Source: Octopus bimaculoides (Eukaryota). Taken from it: a stretch of 64,000 bases of DNA. The translations under genes and the position numbers were made by a program. The notes beneath the pieces are model-generated. The model was given only the letters and a program-made list of their open reading frames with translations. It made no database searches and had not been told where the DNA came from. The stretch is taken from assembly GCF_001194135.2 (NCBI RefSeq), contig NC_068982.1, positions 179,771,734 through 179,835,733 on the forward strand. Direction: 5' to 3'. Of this stretch, positions 26,689 through 39,700 are shown piece after piece; position 1 is the first letter of the stretch, and every line of letters begins with the position of its first letter.

Positions 26689-27274
26689 CTACAAAACAAA
26701 ACCAATAAACAGGGATTTAAATAGTTAAAACAAAAATAAATACTCTAGAATGTCATAAATATTTTTTTAGTTTCTATCTTTATCTGATTGACAACTTTGT
26801 ATTAAACATTCTGATTTTAATGTTGGATACTGATGTTATTTTTCATTTTTTTGTTTATCTGTTGCGAGAGTTTTAAATTCAAACCCAACTACTGATAACA
26901 TTTTGCTGCTCCTGAGAGGATTGCAGAATATCTGCCTGAAAATTAAGTAGCAATATTGTTTTAATGTTAAGTAGCCAACAATAAGCAGAATATGCAGTTA
27001 CAAATACAACTGTTCAGAAATTTCGTTTAAATGTCCACCTTGGCAGAAGAAAGCAATCTTATACAAAGTAAATAGATTTTTTAACCATAGAATGTAGGAC
27101 TTCTTGATAAAATACTTCTTTTAGCTAATATTTTTTAAATTTTCATAATCAAACAAATTTGAAACTGAATTCCAAGTACATTTCTACTAATTAAAGATGC
27201 CAACATTGGCAGAATATTTCAGGACTAAGAACACATAAAACCTGAAATGTTTATCCAACAGCATATGAATTACT

Positions 27275-27440
27275 TTGTGTCTATATGTAGATCAGTGAAT
27301 ATGTCAAATTAAATGTTAACCCAGCTGTATAAATTACTTGTTTTCTGCAGATGGATCAGTGAAAGTGTCACTCTAAATGTTAACCCAACTGTTTAACTTG
27401 GTTTCTATAGATGAATCACTGAAAATTTTACAATAAATTT
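27275..27440. repeat. Degenerate ~60-65 bp tandem repeat, ~2.3 copies
   Basis: gatcagtgaa...taaatgttaaccca.ctgt repeated (cores near 27290, 27355 and 27413). Confidence 0.7.
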
Positions 27441-28249
27441 TCCTTAATTCTAGAAACAAAGTAATATTTACAGTTTACAATATAGTTATTCCATACCAAC
27501 ATAGAAAAGTATAGTATTAATGATTTTCTAGCAAACACATTATAACATTTTAAATGCTATCAATTTATTGACTATTTTTTATCTGCCAGTAGAGAAACAA
27601 TCAAGATTGCTGCAAAATAAAAAAAAAAAGGAATCATCATCATCATTATTATTATTATAATCATTTAGTGTCCATTTTCCATGCTAGCATGGGTAAGACA
27701 GCTTGACTCAGGCTGCATTTAAACAAAAAGAAACAAAAATGAATGAGAAACCAGAGTAATATTTTTATTTATAGCGAACACATTACATTAAGTTTGTTCT
27801 GACTCAATCCACACATGTCTGGTTTCTCTCCATAGATCTGTTTTCCTATGTAGAGGAATCCCCTGTGTTGCAAGAATAATGCATTCCTGCAAAACCTGCC
27901 AGAACATAAAATTTTCCCATTGATTTAACTATTGTTATAAAAAGAGAATGCATTCCGGTGGATAGTTTCAGAAACAAAAAGAAGTGCAACACAACCACTT
28001 GTATGCATGGAAATAATTAAACATACACAGTGCAACATGTATTCATGAAAACATTTGAAGAGAAATACATTAAGGAATAAGAATCTTAATATCGTAATAG
28101 GGTAAGTTCTCACCATAAAATATGTTTACTATGGGAGGAGTGGTGGTAGAACACTGGGAAGATGAGAGACACTATCTTCTATCTTATCATTATCAAATCT
28201 ATCTGCGTGATGAAAGACTTATTTAAAATTGTTTGATGTTTATGGTGTA

Positions 28250-29120
28250 CCATCTCTGTACAGTTCATTGAAGGAAATGAGCTCATGGTAAACTCCTGTT
28301 ATGAATAGATTTCATAAGTTGTTTAAAAGCCCTTCTCAGATATGCCCCATGAAACTAGCTATCACATCTTTATCCATTGGCTAGAGCAAATAAGTTGAAT
28401 TCTTGGGGGTATATTACACTGCCATATTATCAGAAAGCTCATTTAAGCTTAAGGGGATGCTTGATGCATTGTCTAAAATATTGAAAATGATACACAAGCA
28501 GGGGTTTTAATTTCATATCACCAGCAATATTTCCTCCAAAAGCAAGTGTCACATAATTTTCCTAAGCTTTAAATCCAGTTTTTCCTTATCAAGCTTGTAG
28601 AAAAGTGCAATTTCATCTTGACTATTTACTTGCTCTGGTGAGTAGACACAGCCAGCGATCATTTTTCTCAGCTACTCAAAATAATTTGTAGCAAACTTTG
28701 CCTTTACTGTGGATAACATTGGTAGCATGCAGAGGGGAGGTTGGTGTTCATGGGCAACTGCTGGTCTTTTATAAAACAACCTTGCCTGGATTTGTGCCTT
28801 GGAGGGAAACTTTCTAGGTGCAATCTCATGGCCATTAATAACCAAAGGGGGTCTTTACCATTTACCAGCTTAATAATGACTAAGTTATTTTACTAAATTC
28901 TTTCCAAAATTAACTGAATGAAAAAGCAGGGTATTTCAACTAAAATATGGTAACAAAAGCATTAAGGACTTGACTAAAATTTTCTTCCTGCAGTCGCATT
29001 ATTCCAACAGTAGATGTTGCAAGCCTTAATGTTTTGAGAATGTGGTTGGTTTTTTGTCTATTAAAATCAATCATTTTAAAAATATCAAGTGCAATATTCA
29101 TAGTAATCTTTATACAGTTT
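28250..29120 (-). mobile_element. pogo/Tigger-type transposase fossil (CENP-B-like HTH plus DDE_1), interrupted by younger insertions
   Basis: Remnants ITMNIALDIFKMI...KTNHILKTLRLATSTVG (CENP-B N-terminal HTH); YSPEQVNSQDEIALFYK; TLAFGGNIAGDMKLKPLLVYH; ILDNA; PKNSTYLL*PMDKDVIASF. Confidence 0.85.
28727..28860 (+). mobile_element. Family E SINE fragment inside the pogo fossil
   Basis: Reverse complement of 57062-57190 (gaccagcag...cctcccctc; gcacctagaaagtt.ccctcc.aggcacaaatc). Confidence 0.75.
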
Positions 29121-30652
29121 CTATTCTTGCAACAACTTTCCATTCCATTTGATTTCTTTCCAGATGTCTTGAATTGTAGGTAAATCCAACAGTGAGGACA
29201 ATCAACAATTATCCACAACAAATATGTAGTAAAAAAAATAGCACCAAGGAATACAAAAACCTATTTTGTGAGAGTAAAAAATAGTCTTATTCCTACGGAT
29301 CTAAGAATGGAGAAAAGATAAAAGGATGAAGGAGTGAGGTGAGAAGTATTGTACGATTACAGAAAGCTGAAAAGGTTACCAGGTTTGTGGGCACTTTTCC
29401 AGTTGCTTCTCTGACTTAAGCCATAAAAACTACACTACTCATTCACATACACACACATTTGTGTTGACATACAATATATGTAGTTTCAGACATTGCTACC
29501 ATACTGATATTACTATTATTGTTACTGATTGGTCATTCAAAGGTTAGTGGGTCAGTTGTGGTGGTATTAGTATCAGTTTTCGTGTTGGCGATGGTGGTCA
29601 TATTGTTCTTGTTAAGTCAATTTTCATTGACCCAAGAGCAAAGATATTTCATACACTAGGATACCAAGTTTTGTCATGTGATTGTTTCGTTCTTTATTTT
29701 AGGTAGAGTTTTTCATATTGTATTATTGTTGGTCATTGTTAAGTTGGTAATGGCTGTTATTGTGTTAGTGTTGATCAGAAATTATGGAGTAGGTTGATTT
29801 ACATATATGTATGTGTGTGTGTGTGTGTGTGGATGGTTAGACAGATAGCTGCAGACACTCACTGTGTCCCAAGAAAATACATATCAACATCCACAGTGAC
29901 AAATTTCATTTTGCACTCCATTAGTATTTATGGTGACACAATTATATATATGTGTGTGTATCATGATTATAGTTTTCAAAATTCTTAACTAGTTTTATCT
30001 TAGCTAAAACACCAAGGAACAAGCTTTTTGGCCAGGAAGAAAGTGCAGTTTTTAAATTCTTGAAATTTATCCGAGTTTTTTTAAGATAAAAATTACAGAC
30101 CTTATCCCAAAATCAGTGATAATACTTCGTAACTTCTTTAAGTATGAAATAGTGTAACCTGAAGAAGCTGTAAAGCAAGAGATGCCTGTACTTAATGGGA
30201 AGATATGAAACCCTCTTCACCAACTAATTCCTTGAAACATATTTCCAAGGTAAGTCTAGTCAATTAACAGTTTTTCACACAAGCAATAACAACACCCTTG
30301 TCAGAATTTCGATTCATTACTATCAACATATTAAGGAAAAGCAATGTTTACATGACAAGTGAATGAGGCTGAAGATAGTTGCTGGGTTGGACAATAACAA
30401 TTCGTAACTAGAAACAGTTCATTGTAAGAATTTCAAAATAATGATGAGATTTATAATAAAGATTTCCAATAATCAGCTGTCACTTGAAAGTATTTCCAAG
30501 TGACATTATGAAAACTAAATATTTACTTTAAAAATTAATAAAGGATTATTAGGAAATAATCTGCAAAAAACTGGATAGGAGTGGTTTTGATTTAGGAAAA
30601 AAAAAGGTAATTACAATATAGCCATTAGCAACCATCAAGAAATAACTTTTAA

Positions 30653-30812
30653 CCTTTTAGCATTTAAACCACAGATTTAGCCTTATCACACCTACCCTTC
30701 AATAAAATAGACCATCACATCAATATTTCGAAGATACAAAATAATGCATGATTAATTAAAAACAATTTGAATGAAAAAGTATTTGGCAGAATAACCTGAA
30801 TACTAAAATACC
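30653..30812. mobile_element. piggyBac-like MITE remnant related to 12626-13004
   Basis: TTAA-CCTTTTAGCATTTAAACC left end; internal similarity in inverted orientation to the 12.6 kb copy. Confidence 0.55.
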
Positions 30813-33800
30813 TTTGTACAGGTAAATATAGTAAATGTAAATTAAAAGATGAGCTATTAAATGTTGATTTTGTGTTTGCTGTGTACATCTACTCAACACA
30901 GTTTCAATGATGTAAACATTCAAGATTCAATAACAGTTTAACAGACATTGAAAAACTAACTTCACAACCTTCTGTTAGCTGTTAACTCACACAACAACAA
31001 CGTATTAATACTAGCCTGATCTTGTTATTCGATAGAAATCTACAGTCTGCAGTGCTTGGCAATTCATGTGTTAAATAGTTAATTATGTATTATTTCACAA
31101 GTTTTCAGTTATATAATTATAACTGATATAAAGAATTGTGCAACTATATTAACAAGCGTTTTTATCAATCAATACAGCAATAGCAAAATCTAGAGACAGA
31201 ACTTAGAATTGCTGACTGAGAGAAAAGAAAAGGACCAATTTAAAAAGAAAAGACCAAGATATGAGTGTATTAATAACAAATTTATTATAATTATGTTTAC
31301 ATGTGTGAATATATATATATATATATATATATATGTGGAGAAAATAATACAATGAATACAGAGGAAAATGAAGGATGCTGATGGTGGCAGGATAATTTAC
31401 TCTTATCACATGTACGTCCAGTGACTGGATAAGCAACAAATACAACTCAATATGAAGTCCCATCATTGATATCTAACCAACAGACTACTTTGATTTAATG
31501 TAATTTTTTTTTTTTTTTTTTACATTTACTGTTCTGTATTGACATGAATTATACAGGTTTCCTGAAGCTGTTTTACAGCTAAATGCTTTCTTGTTGCCAA
31601 CCTTTCACAACCATATGGTTCCAGGTTCAATCCCACTGGGCATCACTTTAAGCAAGTATGTTTATAATAATTCTGATTGTTCCTCCATAACCTAGGCTGT
31701 CCGTAACACAACCATGTGATTAGTTGAGAGGGAAGGATGTCTTCGGATACAGGCACAACATAGGCTATGCATTCAGGTTTTTTGGATAAAGTTTTCAGAA
31801 ACAACCCAATAAGTTTACCATTAATTCTGTGAAATATTCACAGGTCCTGCTAGTCTTCTATTATATCAGAGAGGAATTTTCATAGATTGTAACTGTACAT
31901 AAGATCATCACACATGTATGAAGGGAGGGGAGTTAGGTAGGTAGATGTGTCTGAGTTTATGCTTGCACAGGTCTAAAAATTGGCACTGGCAGTCCTATAA
32001 CACAGCAGTTCAACTAACAGATTATAATAAAAGGCTAAACTGAAATATGTACTGGGATCTATGTGATCATCTAAACCTTTCAAGGCAGTGCCCAAGCATG
32101 GCTACCAGCAAAACCACATCATCATTATACATAAGCTTTTTGATGTTTGTATGGGTTGCCATGGAATCACAGCTCTCCTACACAAGTCGAGCATGTCTCT
32201 CCTTCATAGTTTCCATTTATACATTTTGATTAGACACACCTATCTTTAAATACCATATTTCTACATATAATGATGACTATTTCTAATATCGTTTTAATGC
32301 AGTTATCCTAGAAGCTATCATCATCATCATCATCATGTCAAGCTTGCTTAGCTCTGCATGACCAGGACCCCTAACCCATATATACATTCCACGGCTTATG
32401 ACATTTCTTGTTAATGGGACATCCAATGTTATCTGTTAACTGATCAATATGTCTTAGCAGGGTGACTAACGTGATTTCAACCATAACATACCATAGATCT
32501 ACAGAAGGTATGTAATATTTTCTTTTGTATATAGCTACACCAATTTCATTTTCCTCTATCTCATTAGCTGCCGTTGGTCATTAGTAATGGATCAGTTCCC
32601 CTCCATTTGGTATTCAAGCACTACCCTCAATGCTTACATCTTCAAGTAAAATGAATTTACCTGAAACTCCCACTGAAACCCATTGACATTCAACACATGT
32701 ATAGCAGGAAAACAACAAAGGAACTGTCATGCAGTAACATATAAAAGAATACTGAACACTGTTGCCCTTATAAAAAAAAAAACAAAGTGGTCATGGCTCA
32801 TTTGAGGCAAAACAAACACCAGCAAATAATCTACAGTAACAATTGCCTAGCATTTCCTCACTGTAACAGGTAGATGACTAGAACACTGTTTCATTCATAT
32901 GTTTACAGCTATATGAAACAAGTCTTAACCAACAGAAGATATTCAAAGAGCTAAAATACTGCCAAATCATTTAATAACATATTTCCAGATAATATAAATC
33001 TCATACTAAACAGATTCTATCATCGAGAGCTTAATCAGGCTAACCAGCCTGAATGCAGCAGTCTACCTATAAAAAACACTGTTAGCAAACTAAATTATTC
33101 TAACAGAGCACATGGAAAACACAATTTCCTAGCCAACTGGGAGCTTATAAAATAATTACCCAGTTCATTCATAATCCAGATAATCCATAATTATTAGTAA
33201 AACATACAATCCCCTACAGTGGGATAATAGTTTGTTTTGGTGACTAAGGCATAAGTTTACAAAGTTCAATTCTAAATGAAAACAGAACATTCAAGATGTT
33301 GAGATAAACTGGTGGGAAATATGTTAAGAAATGTATACTATAGATTGGTGAAATAACAATGGCAAATAGAGAATTGGATAAAAACAACTGAGGTACTTCA
33401 AAAACTTGAAGCATTTTGCAATTTCAGCGACTCCTAACAATTATCACCTAATTAAATATTTAGAGACATTTTTTGTAAAAGAATTTTCCAGCTAATCAAA
33501 CTATTATATTTTGGAACTGATCACTGCAGCAAAAACGAATTACGAAATGAAAATTTCATTAGTTATTATACCTTGTTTACTGGCCTAAAATGCAGCAACC
33601 AAGTGGAATAGTTATTTTTTAATACTTAGCCAATACAACTTATTAATATCTTTGCCTCTCAACAGATACCCAACTTATTATCCAAAGTATACAATACAAT
33701 ACTGTTTTTCCAAGTCAGATACAGAAATAAATACAGTAGAAAATAAAACTGAAGTGAAATATCATGAGCCAATTTCCTATAACATTCACAATTCAAAAAT

Positions 33801-35172
33801 ACTCTCTTTTCTAGTTAATATACTACTCAATACAGTAGTAACAAAGCAAGGAACAGGCAGAATCCTTCATTAAAGCATAAGACAAAATACCCTGTAGTAC
33901 ATGCTCCAGCCCACTACACATTTAACTGAAATCCCACCAAGATTAACAGTCTTTTGTCCTCTCAGAGGTGATAAAGTACTAGAAAGGGATGATGGATTAG
34001 CAGAATTGTTAGAGTATTGGATTAGATGCCTAGTGATATGTTTCGGAATTTTAGATTCTAAATTCTTAAGTGACAGACTTCATCCATCATCCAGTTTAAC
34101 ACCATAGTTCTTTAGGTGCTTTGGTGAAGTTTATTCTGTTGCAAGTTTCCAATCCAAGGTTAACTTCCCCATTTGTTCCCACCATTGTTGGAAACCCTAA
34201 AGGGATATGGTCACAGATGCTGCCCTTCTCATTCTAAACAGTAAAAAAAAAAAAAATACTCTGGAATTTAGATTTATCTAACAAGTTCAATGTTATTCTG
34301 TGCACAGAATAACCTTAAACAGGTCACATCTTTATATAAAAAGTTAAATAATCCCATTAAAAATCTACAATGACTATTTTAGAAGAAAGTCTCAGAACAA
34401 CTGTTTCAAAATATTTTCCAAATATCAGAAGAGAATCAATAGAGATACTATTATCAAAAGAAATTTATAGGGCACTTTTTACAAATTTATATAAGCTAAA
34501 AGCATAGCAGAATCTAAACCTATTTTCCAATTCAAAAAACACTAAACAACAGAATACAAACAACTCCAATAAGATTCAGGAGACACTACTCATTTTAGCA
34601 ATCTTTATTATTATTCCATGCTGTTCTTTCAACAAATTCTTTGGATTCACACCTACAATATAATTAATGTTGACCACAACTATTATTTTAAAGTAACTAA
34701 AACAAAACCAATGATATCCTCAAATCAGATATAACCCTCCCAACATTGTCACTTTATAATTCAAGACTGTTGGATGTCCTTTACAAGAACCAATTTAAAT
34801 TCCCCCTAATACTGTAAAAATGATACAAAACAAAACAATAATGCAACAAAACTTATGAATCACTAGTATCTTCTGTACCACCTTAAGATAACCAATAGCA
34901 GAGAAACTAGATTGAAACTGAATTCAGAGCACTGCAGCTATTCAAATTGTAATACGGTTTGTTTACTAAAACCCCCACACCCATCAAAAAGGATGGGGGT
35001 TCATTTCTTAATTTTTGAAAGCACACTACCAATGGAAGTCCCATATATTGTCAGTAAATTTGGGAAAAATACTACCCCGCCACAAGTCATCAAAACAGAG
35101 AACAAAAATGAAATATTTTTACCATTTCTTGTGAAAAACAAATATAAATAATGTAAAATTGTGAAAAGTTAC

Positions 35173-35261
35173 CTTTAAAGCTGGATGGTTTTTCACTGCT
35201 TTCCCCAATATCTTCGTATAAAGATGTTTCTTGTTAGGCTTCCTTGAATCTGTAGAGCACC
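35173..35261 (-). other. Spliced exon candidate (89 nt)
   Basis: Acceptor ttttttatgacag|, donor AAG|GTAACT; one open frame GCSTDSRKPNKKHLYTKILGKAVKNHPALK; coding status unknown. Confidence 0.5.
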
Positions 35262-36717
35262 CTGTCATAAAAAAAGGAAAATTCCATGACATCAACAAGA
35301 AAGAAACATTGCACAAAAAAAAATTATTTCATCCAAAACAAAGGATCAATTCCTTTAATTAGATATCCAATTATATTACAAAATTGAAATTTTTTTTATC
35401 TAGATGGGAAAATACAATTAATGAGCAGTAATTAGAGGTTTGCAAGACCCCCACTGGAGATCACAGACAAATATTATCCCTAAAATCTCATTCCAATCTA
35501 AATACACTTTCTTGTGAAACAAATTAGATAATCTTTTTCAACTACCATTATTTTAAGGATACTCTTAATTAACCAAATGACAACACCAAATTAAAACACT
35601 TTCCTAACAACAAATTTTGATACCTAGCCTATTTTGCCCAAATTACTGCTGAATTACTCATATACAAATAAGTAAATATTAATAAAATATGCACAAGTAA
35701 ATCTGTAAATCTATGCAAATCCCTCCTTAGAAATGGAGGTTATGACATTTTTATAGCATAAATCTGCAATATTTTAAATACTTAGTCAATTATTTAGACA
35801 AAGCTCATTAACAAAAATTACAATCACTAATGTAGCTGCTATAAATAATAAGTCTCCAATATTTTCAAAAAGAGATTCTACTTGTTTAAAATTAGAGATC
35901 TACAAGTCCTGCAATGTTCACTATTTTGTAGTTATATTGTTGTGCACAAATTTGTTGTTGAGTAAAAACAGTTAGGAAATAAATAATTTGAAAATTTAAA
36001 TTTTAGCAGCGTTGTACAATAATGTTAGAAAAGGAAATAAAATTTTTGCATCTCAAGATATGAAGTCTTCAGTAGTCTTCCAATCCCACCCAATAAATGA
36101 CAGGACACTGAGTACCAAGGCATGGTTTAATTATACAAAACAATGTTTTTATAGCATTCTCATACACGTACACACAATTCATGTAAAAGACAGTGTTGAG
36201 TAAATACAGGCACAACTTTTATTAAAACTATATCATTAAAATAAATTTAATAAACTGAATTCCAAAACAGCCAATATGAAAACTAAACATAAAAAGTGCT
36301 AAGATTCATTTTTCAACCAATGTTTAAAAGGATTTAAGGAACATAGTCTAACAAAAAAAAAAAAAAATCATCTCCAACAATGAGGTTAATAATATCCAAA
36401 AAATTATAACCTTGGCCAGAAGTCTTTTTATTTCATTATTCTGAAAACACAGTTGTTTTACAAAATTACTAAGATTATAATTAACAATATTGGACTAAAA
36501 TTAGAGCAAATTTAAATCTTGAAAACAAGCAGTAAAGCTTTGGATAATTTAGCACTATAATTAGTTTGAACAACACTGTAGATTTTAACTGTCAATGATT
36601 AAGATTACAATTTATCTGCAATAAAGGTAACTAGAATAAACAAAATCATTTCTAAATATTTATTAGGCACCCTAACACAAACAAGGTTTACTAATAGTTT
36701 CTACTGAACTGTCGAGT

Positions 36718-36752
<35 letters not shown>

Positions 36753-39700
36753 CACACTTTCTATCAATAGCTACTGAAAAACAAACATACACCAGATAGG
36801 ATTTTCCTTAAAAGCCTCTTGTCACAATATCAATTTCTCATCCTTGAATAATTTTGGCTTAACACAAGATGATTCCACAGGAAGCTATCTGAATAATTTC
36901 ATTCACCAACAAAAAGTATCAGAACAGTTATTTTAAATCCAGTTATAGAAGAACTGGCCAGGCAGGAGAAAATACACATAAAATGAGTCTTGATGAAAGC
37001 AGAATTACCTAAGAGGTTAAAAGCACTCAAAATATGCAATTTTAGCAATATTGATAGAATAGAATCGATTTTGGTGTTAATTTTGACAGGTTTAACACTA
37101 TATTATGCTGACAGATATGGCTCTAAGCTGCCATATCTTCAGAAATGATTCCAGTAACAGCTAACATTTACTGAAGCTTAAATTTTAATTAAAATTGGAA
37201 TTTAATAATAAGCCATCAAGAAAAACAAGTTATGCCAAGATGCTTTCAGCAAAGGGTCAACGGATGTTGTTTCAGCCAAAACATAATTTTTCATTTACAA
37301 CAAAATTCCTCAGTAAAATAGACACATCTTATGAAATGGGGAAAATATCTAAAAATATAAATGAATGAAAAAGAGACAATTTCTGTCTCTTCAATAAAAT
37401 CTACAAAAGAAAAATGGTAACTAAGAAATATTACTCACATCTTAACTAAGTCATGTTAACATTAACACAAAGATTCTACATAAGGCCTCAAACCATTTAA
37501 TTTGTTATAAAGAAATTTCCCTAGAATATTCCCATTTCATATAATGGTCTTTACTCAACTATGATTTCTTGAGACAATGCAAGCAGCTTTTATAATGTAA
37601 TAGAAGGAATACACTTAATAATCAGCAAATTGCACTATTAATCATATAAACAGATTACAGTTAAATATCAAGTCAATCTTGACAAGATTTGGAGTCTATC
37701 ATTCCCTCACAACATGTACAAATATATTCAAAGAATCTTTCAAAATATCTTGTTATTAATTTTAATATTAACATGATCCAGCACAGTAAACAAATACCGA
37801 GATAAAATCTGTATACCATTAACCCATAGACAGGAATTCACCAAGCTCCTTCCTTACCAACACAAGATACTATACCATACCAAGAATCAAGCCCCTTGCT
37901 CTAAGTTTTGAATCTGTTTGAACCTGGTGAGACCTGCCAACAGGCTATCACTAAAGATTTAGCAGAAAGTACAGGCAACTCAAGAATTAATTAAATCAGG
38001 TAACTTGTGTGTGTGGTGGGGGAAAATGCTTGCAGCTAAAGGTAACACCAGCAACTCAGCATCATTTATCTGCGATGATTAATATGCCACAGGGTTGTTT
38101 TCTTTCTTCATTCTTTGTAATTCATTTGAAAACAACCCAGAAAAATATTCCAGAAGATTAAAATGGAAGATGAGAGAAGAATTTTGTATAGAATGGAGTA
38201 CTCTAAATTAATGAGTTAATTTAAAGGCTATAGATTTTGAAATAACCTACAATATATTAATTAGTATTCAAAATTATGTGTCATATTTCAAATAACCTAC
38301 AAATATATTTATCAGAATCAGTAATGTATAATTCTGAAGAGTGATAAAAAAAAAATATGCACTAATAAAATGTATAAAACACTAACACAGCAAAAATATT
38401 TGTGTGAAATTAAATTATTATTTATACAGTCGTTACATATGCATATATACACACAAGGGGTTAGCAGTAAAGTAGACTTTCAAAATTCAGATCTTGTCAG
38501 GATCAACAAAAATCAATATGTGATCAATGATAGAAATAACAACTACCTCAGCCTCGAAGTAAAAATCAATAAAAGGGAAGTAGTTCACTAGGTGTGAAAT
38601 ATAGCTTGACTTAAACCTATTTACATATTTTTTAATCCATTAACTTCCCCAGAGAGAAGTTGCCAGATTATATATATATTAAGAATATGAATATTTAATT
38701 AGATGAAAATACCATTTATTCATTACTTTCCTTATATCTTAGAACAGATAGTGATGTTCCAGAAGACCAAGTCTCACCTGTTGACTGATTAGTCTTATGT
38801 ATCATCCCTATCCTTTTCAACACATACAAGTCTTAAAAAAAGTGTAGCAAAGAATTCATTTGAGTTGAGACACATCTAACTATAACATCAGTTGAATCCA
38901 TCAGAAACAGACCATCAATGAAAATCCAAAAGAAATACCACTTCACAAAGTTTAAGAAAGAACACAAAAGCAGTCTTTAAATGCTGATATACATAATAAC
39001 CTTTCAGTCAAAAATGCATCAAAATAATAAATAATTATCAGTTTCTAAGATGAATGTTAAAATGTTTTGAAGAATACACATATTGTACCATTAAAATAAA
39101 GCTGGCTCTGTTGATTGTTATCTATTAACATTGTCTAGCACAACTACATACATCAATGTAGTATACGTATTTTCTTCTCTGACTGAATGAACAATTGGTG
39201 GAAAAGCAAAATGTTGAAGCCAGTGAATATTGTTTCACTGCAACTTATAATTGAAATAAGTCGAGAGGCAGGCAGAATGTTCAGAGCATAGCTAAAGAAA
39301 CAGATAACAGACCATTGTTTAACGAGAGGCTACATTCAAAAGACCACAATAATATTAAGATACTTATGAATGGTTCCAAAAACCAATTACTAAACAGCAA
39401 AAGAGTCTAAAAGAAAATGAAAAGGTACAACAAGAATACAGAACTAATTTCACTTCGCTTATTATTGCCTTCAGAACTTTAACAATCAGTCATTTAATTC
39501 AAGTACAAGTACTTTTGATTTCTGCAGTCTAACTAACTTTATTATTAGAAAATAGTGAAGAAGTTTTTAAAAAGATGGCTAGTAAATGAGGCTATGTAGA
39601 TACGAACAGTCTCCTGGCTACTTCTTTTTGTTAGTGAGAAGAGAATGAATTATCTATGTAATCAGAGTGGAAAAGTGTTATATTTTATATCTATAGAGTA

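Noticed and set aside
27790-27870. GEKP-D-MCG-LSQN, like a collapsed C2H2 zinc-finger linker
   Set aside because: Single degenerate unit lacking the Cys/His spacing; may be chance.
1360-33900. 10-12 nt matches to miR-7 (~1365), miR-92 (~29085) and miR-10 (~33889)
   Set aside because: Short partial matches with no precursor hairpin; expected by chance.
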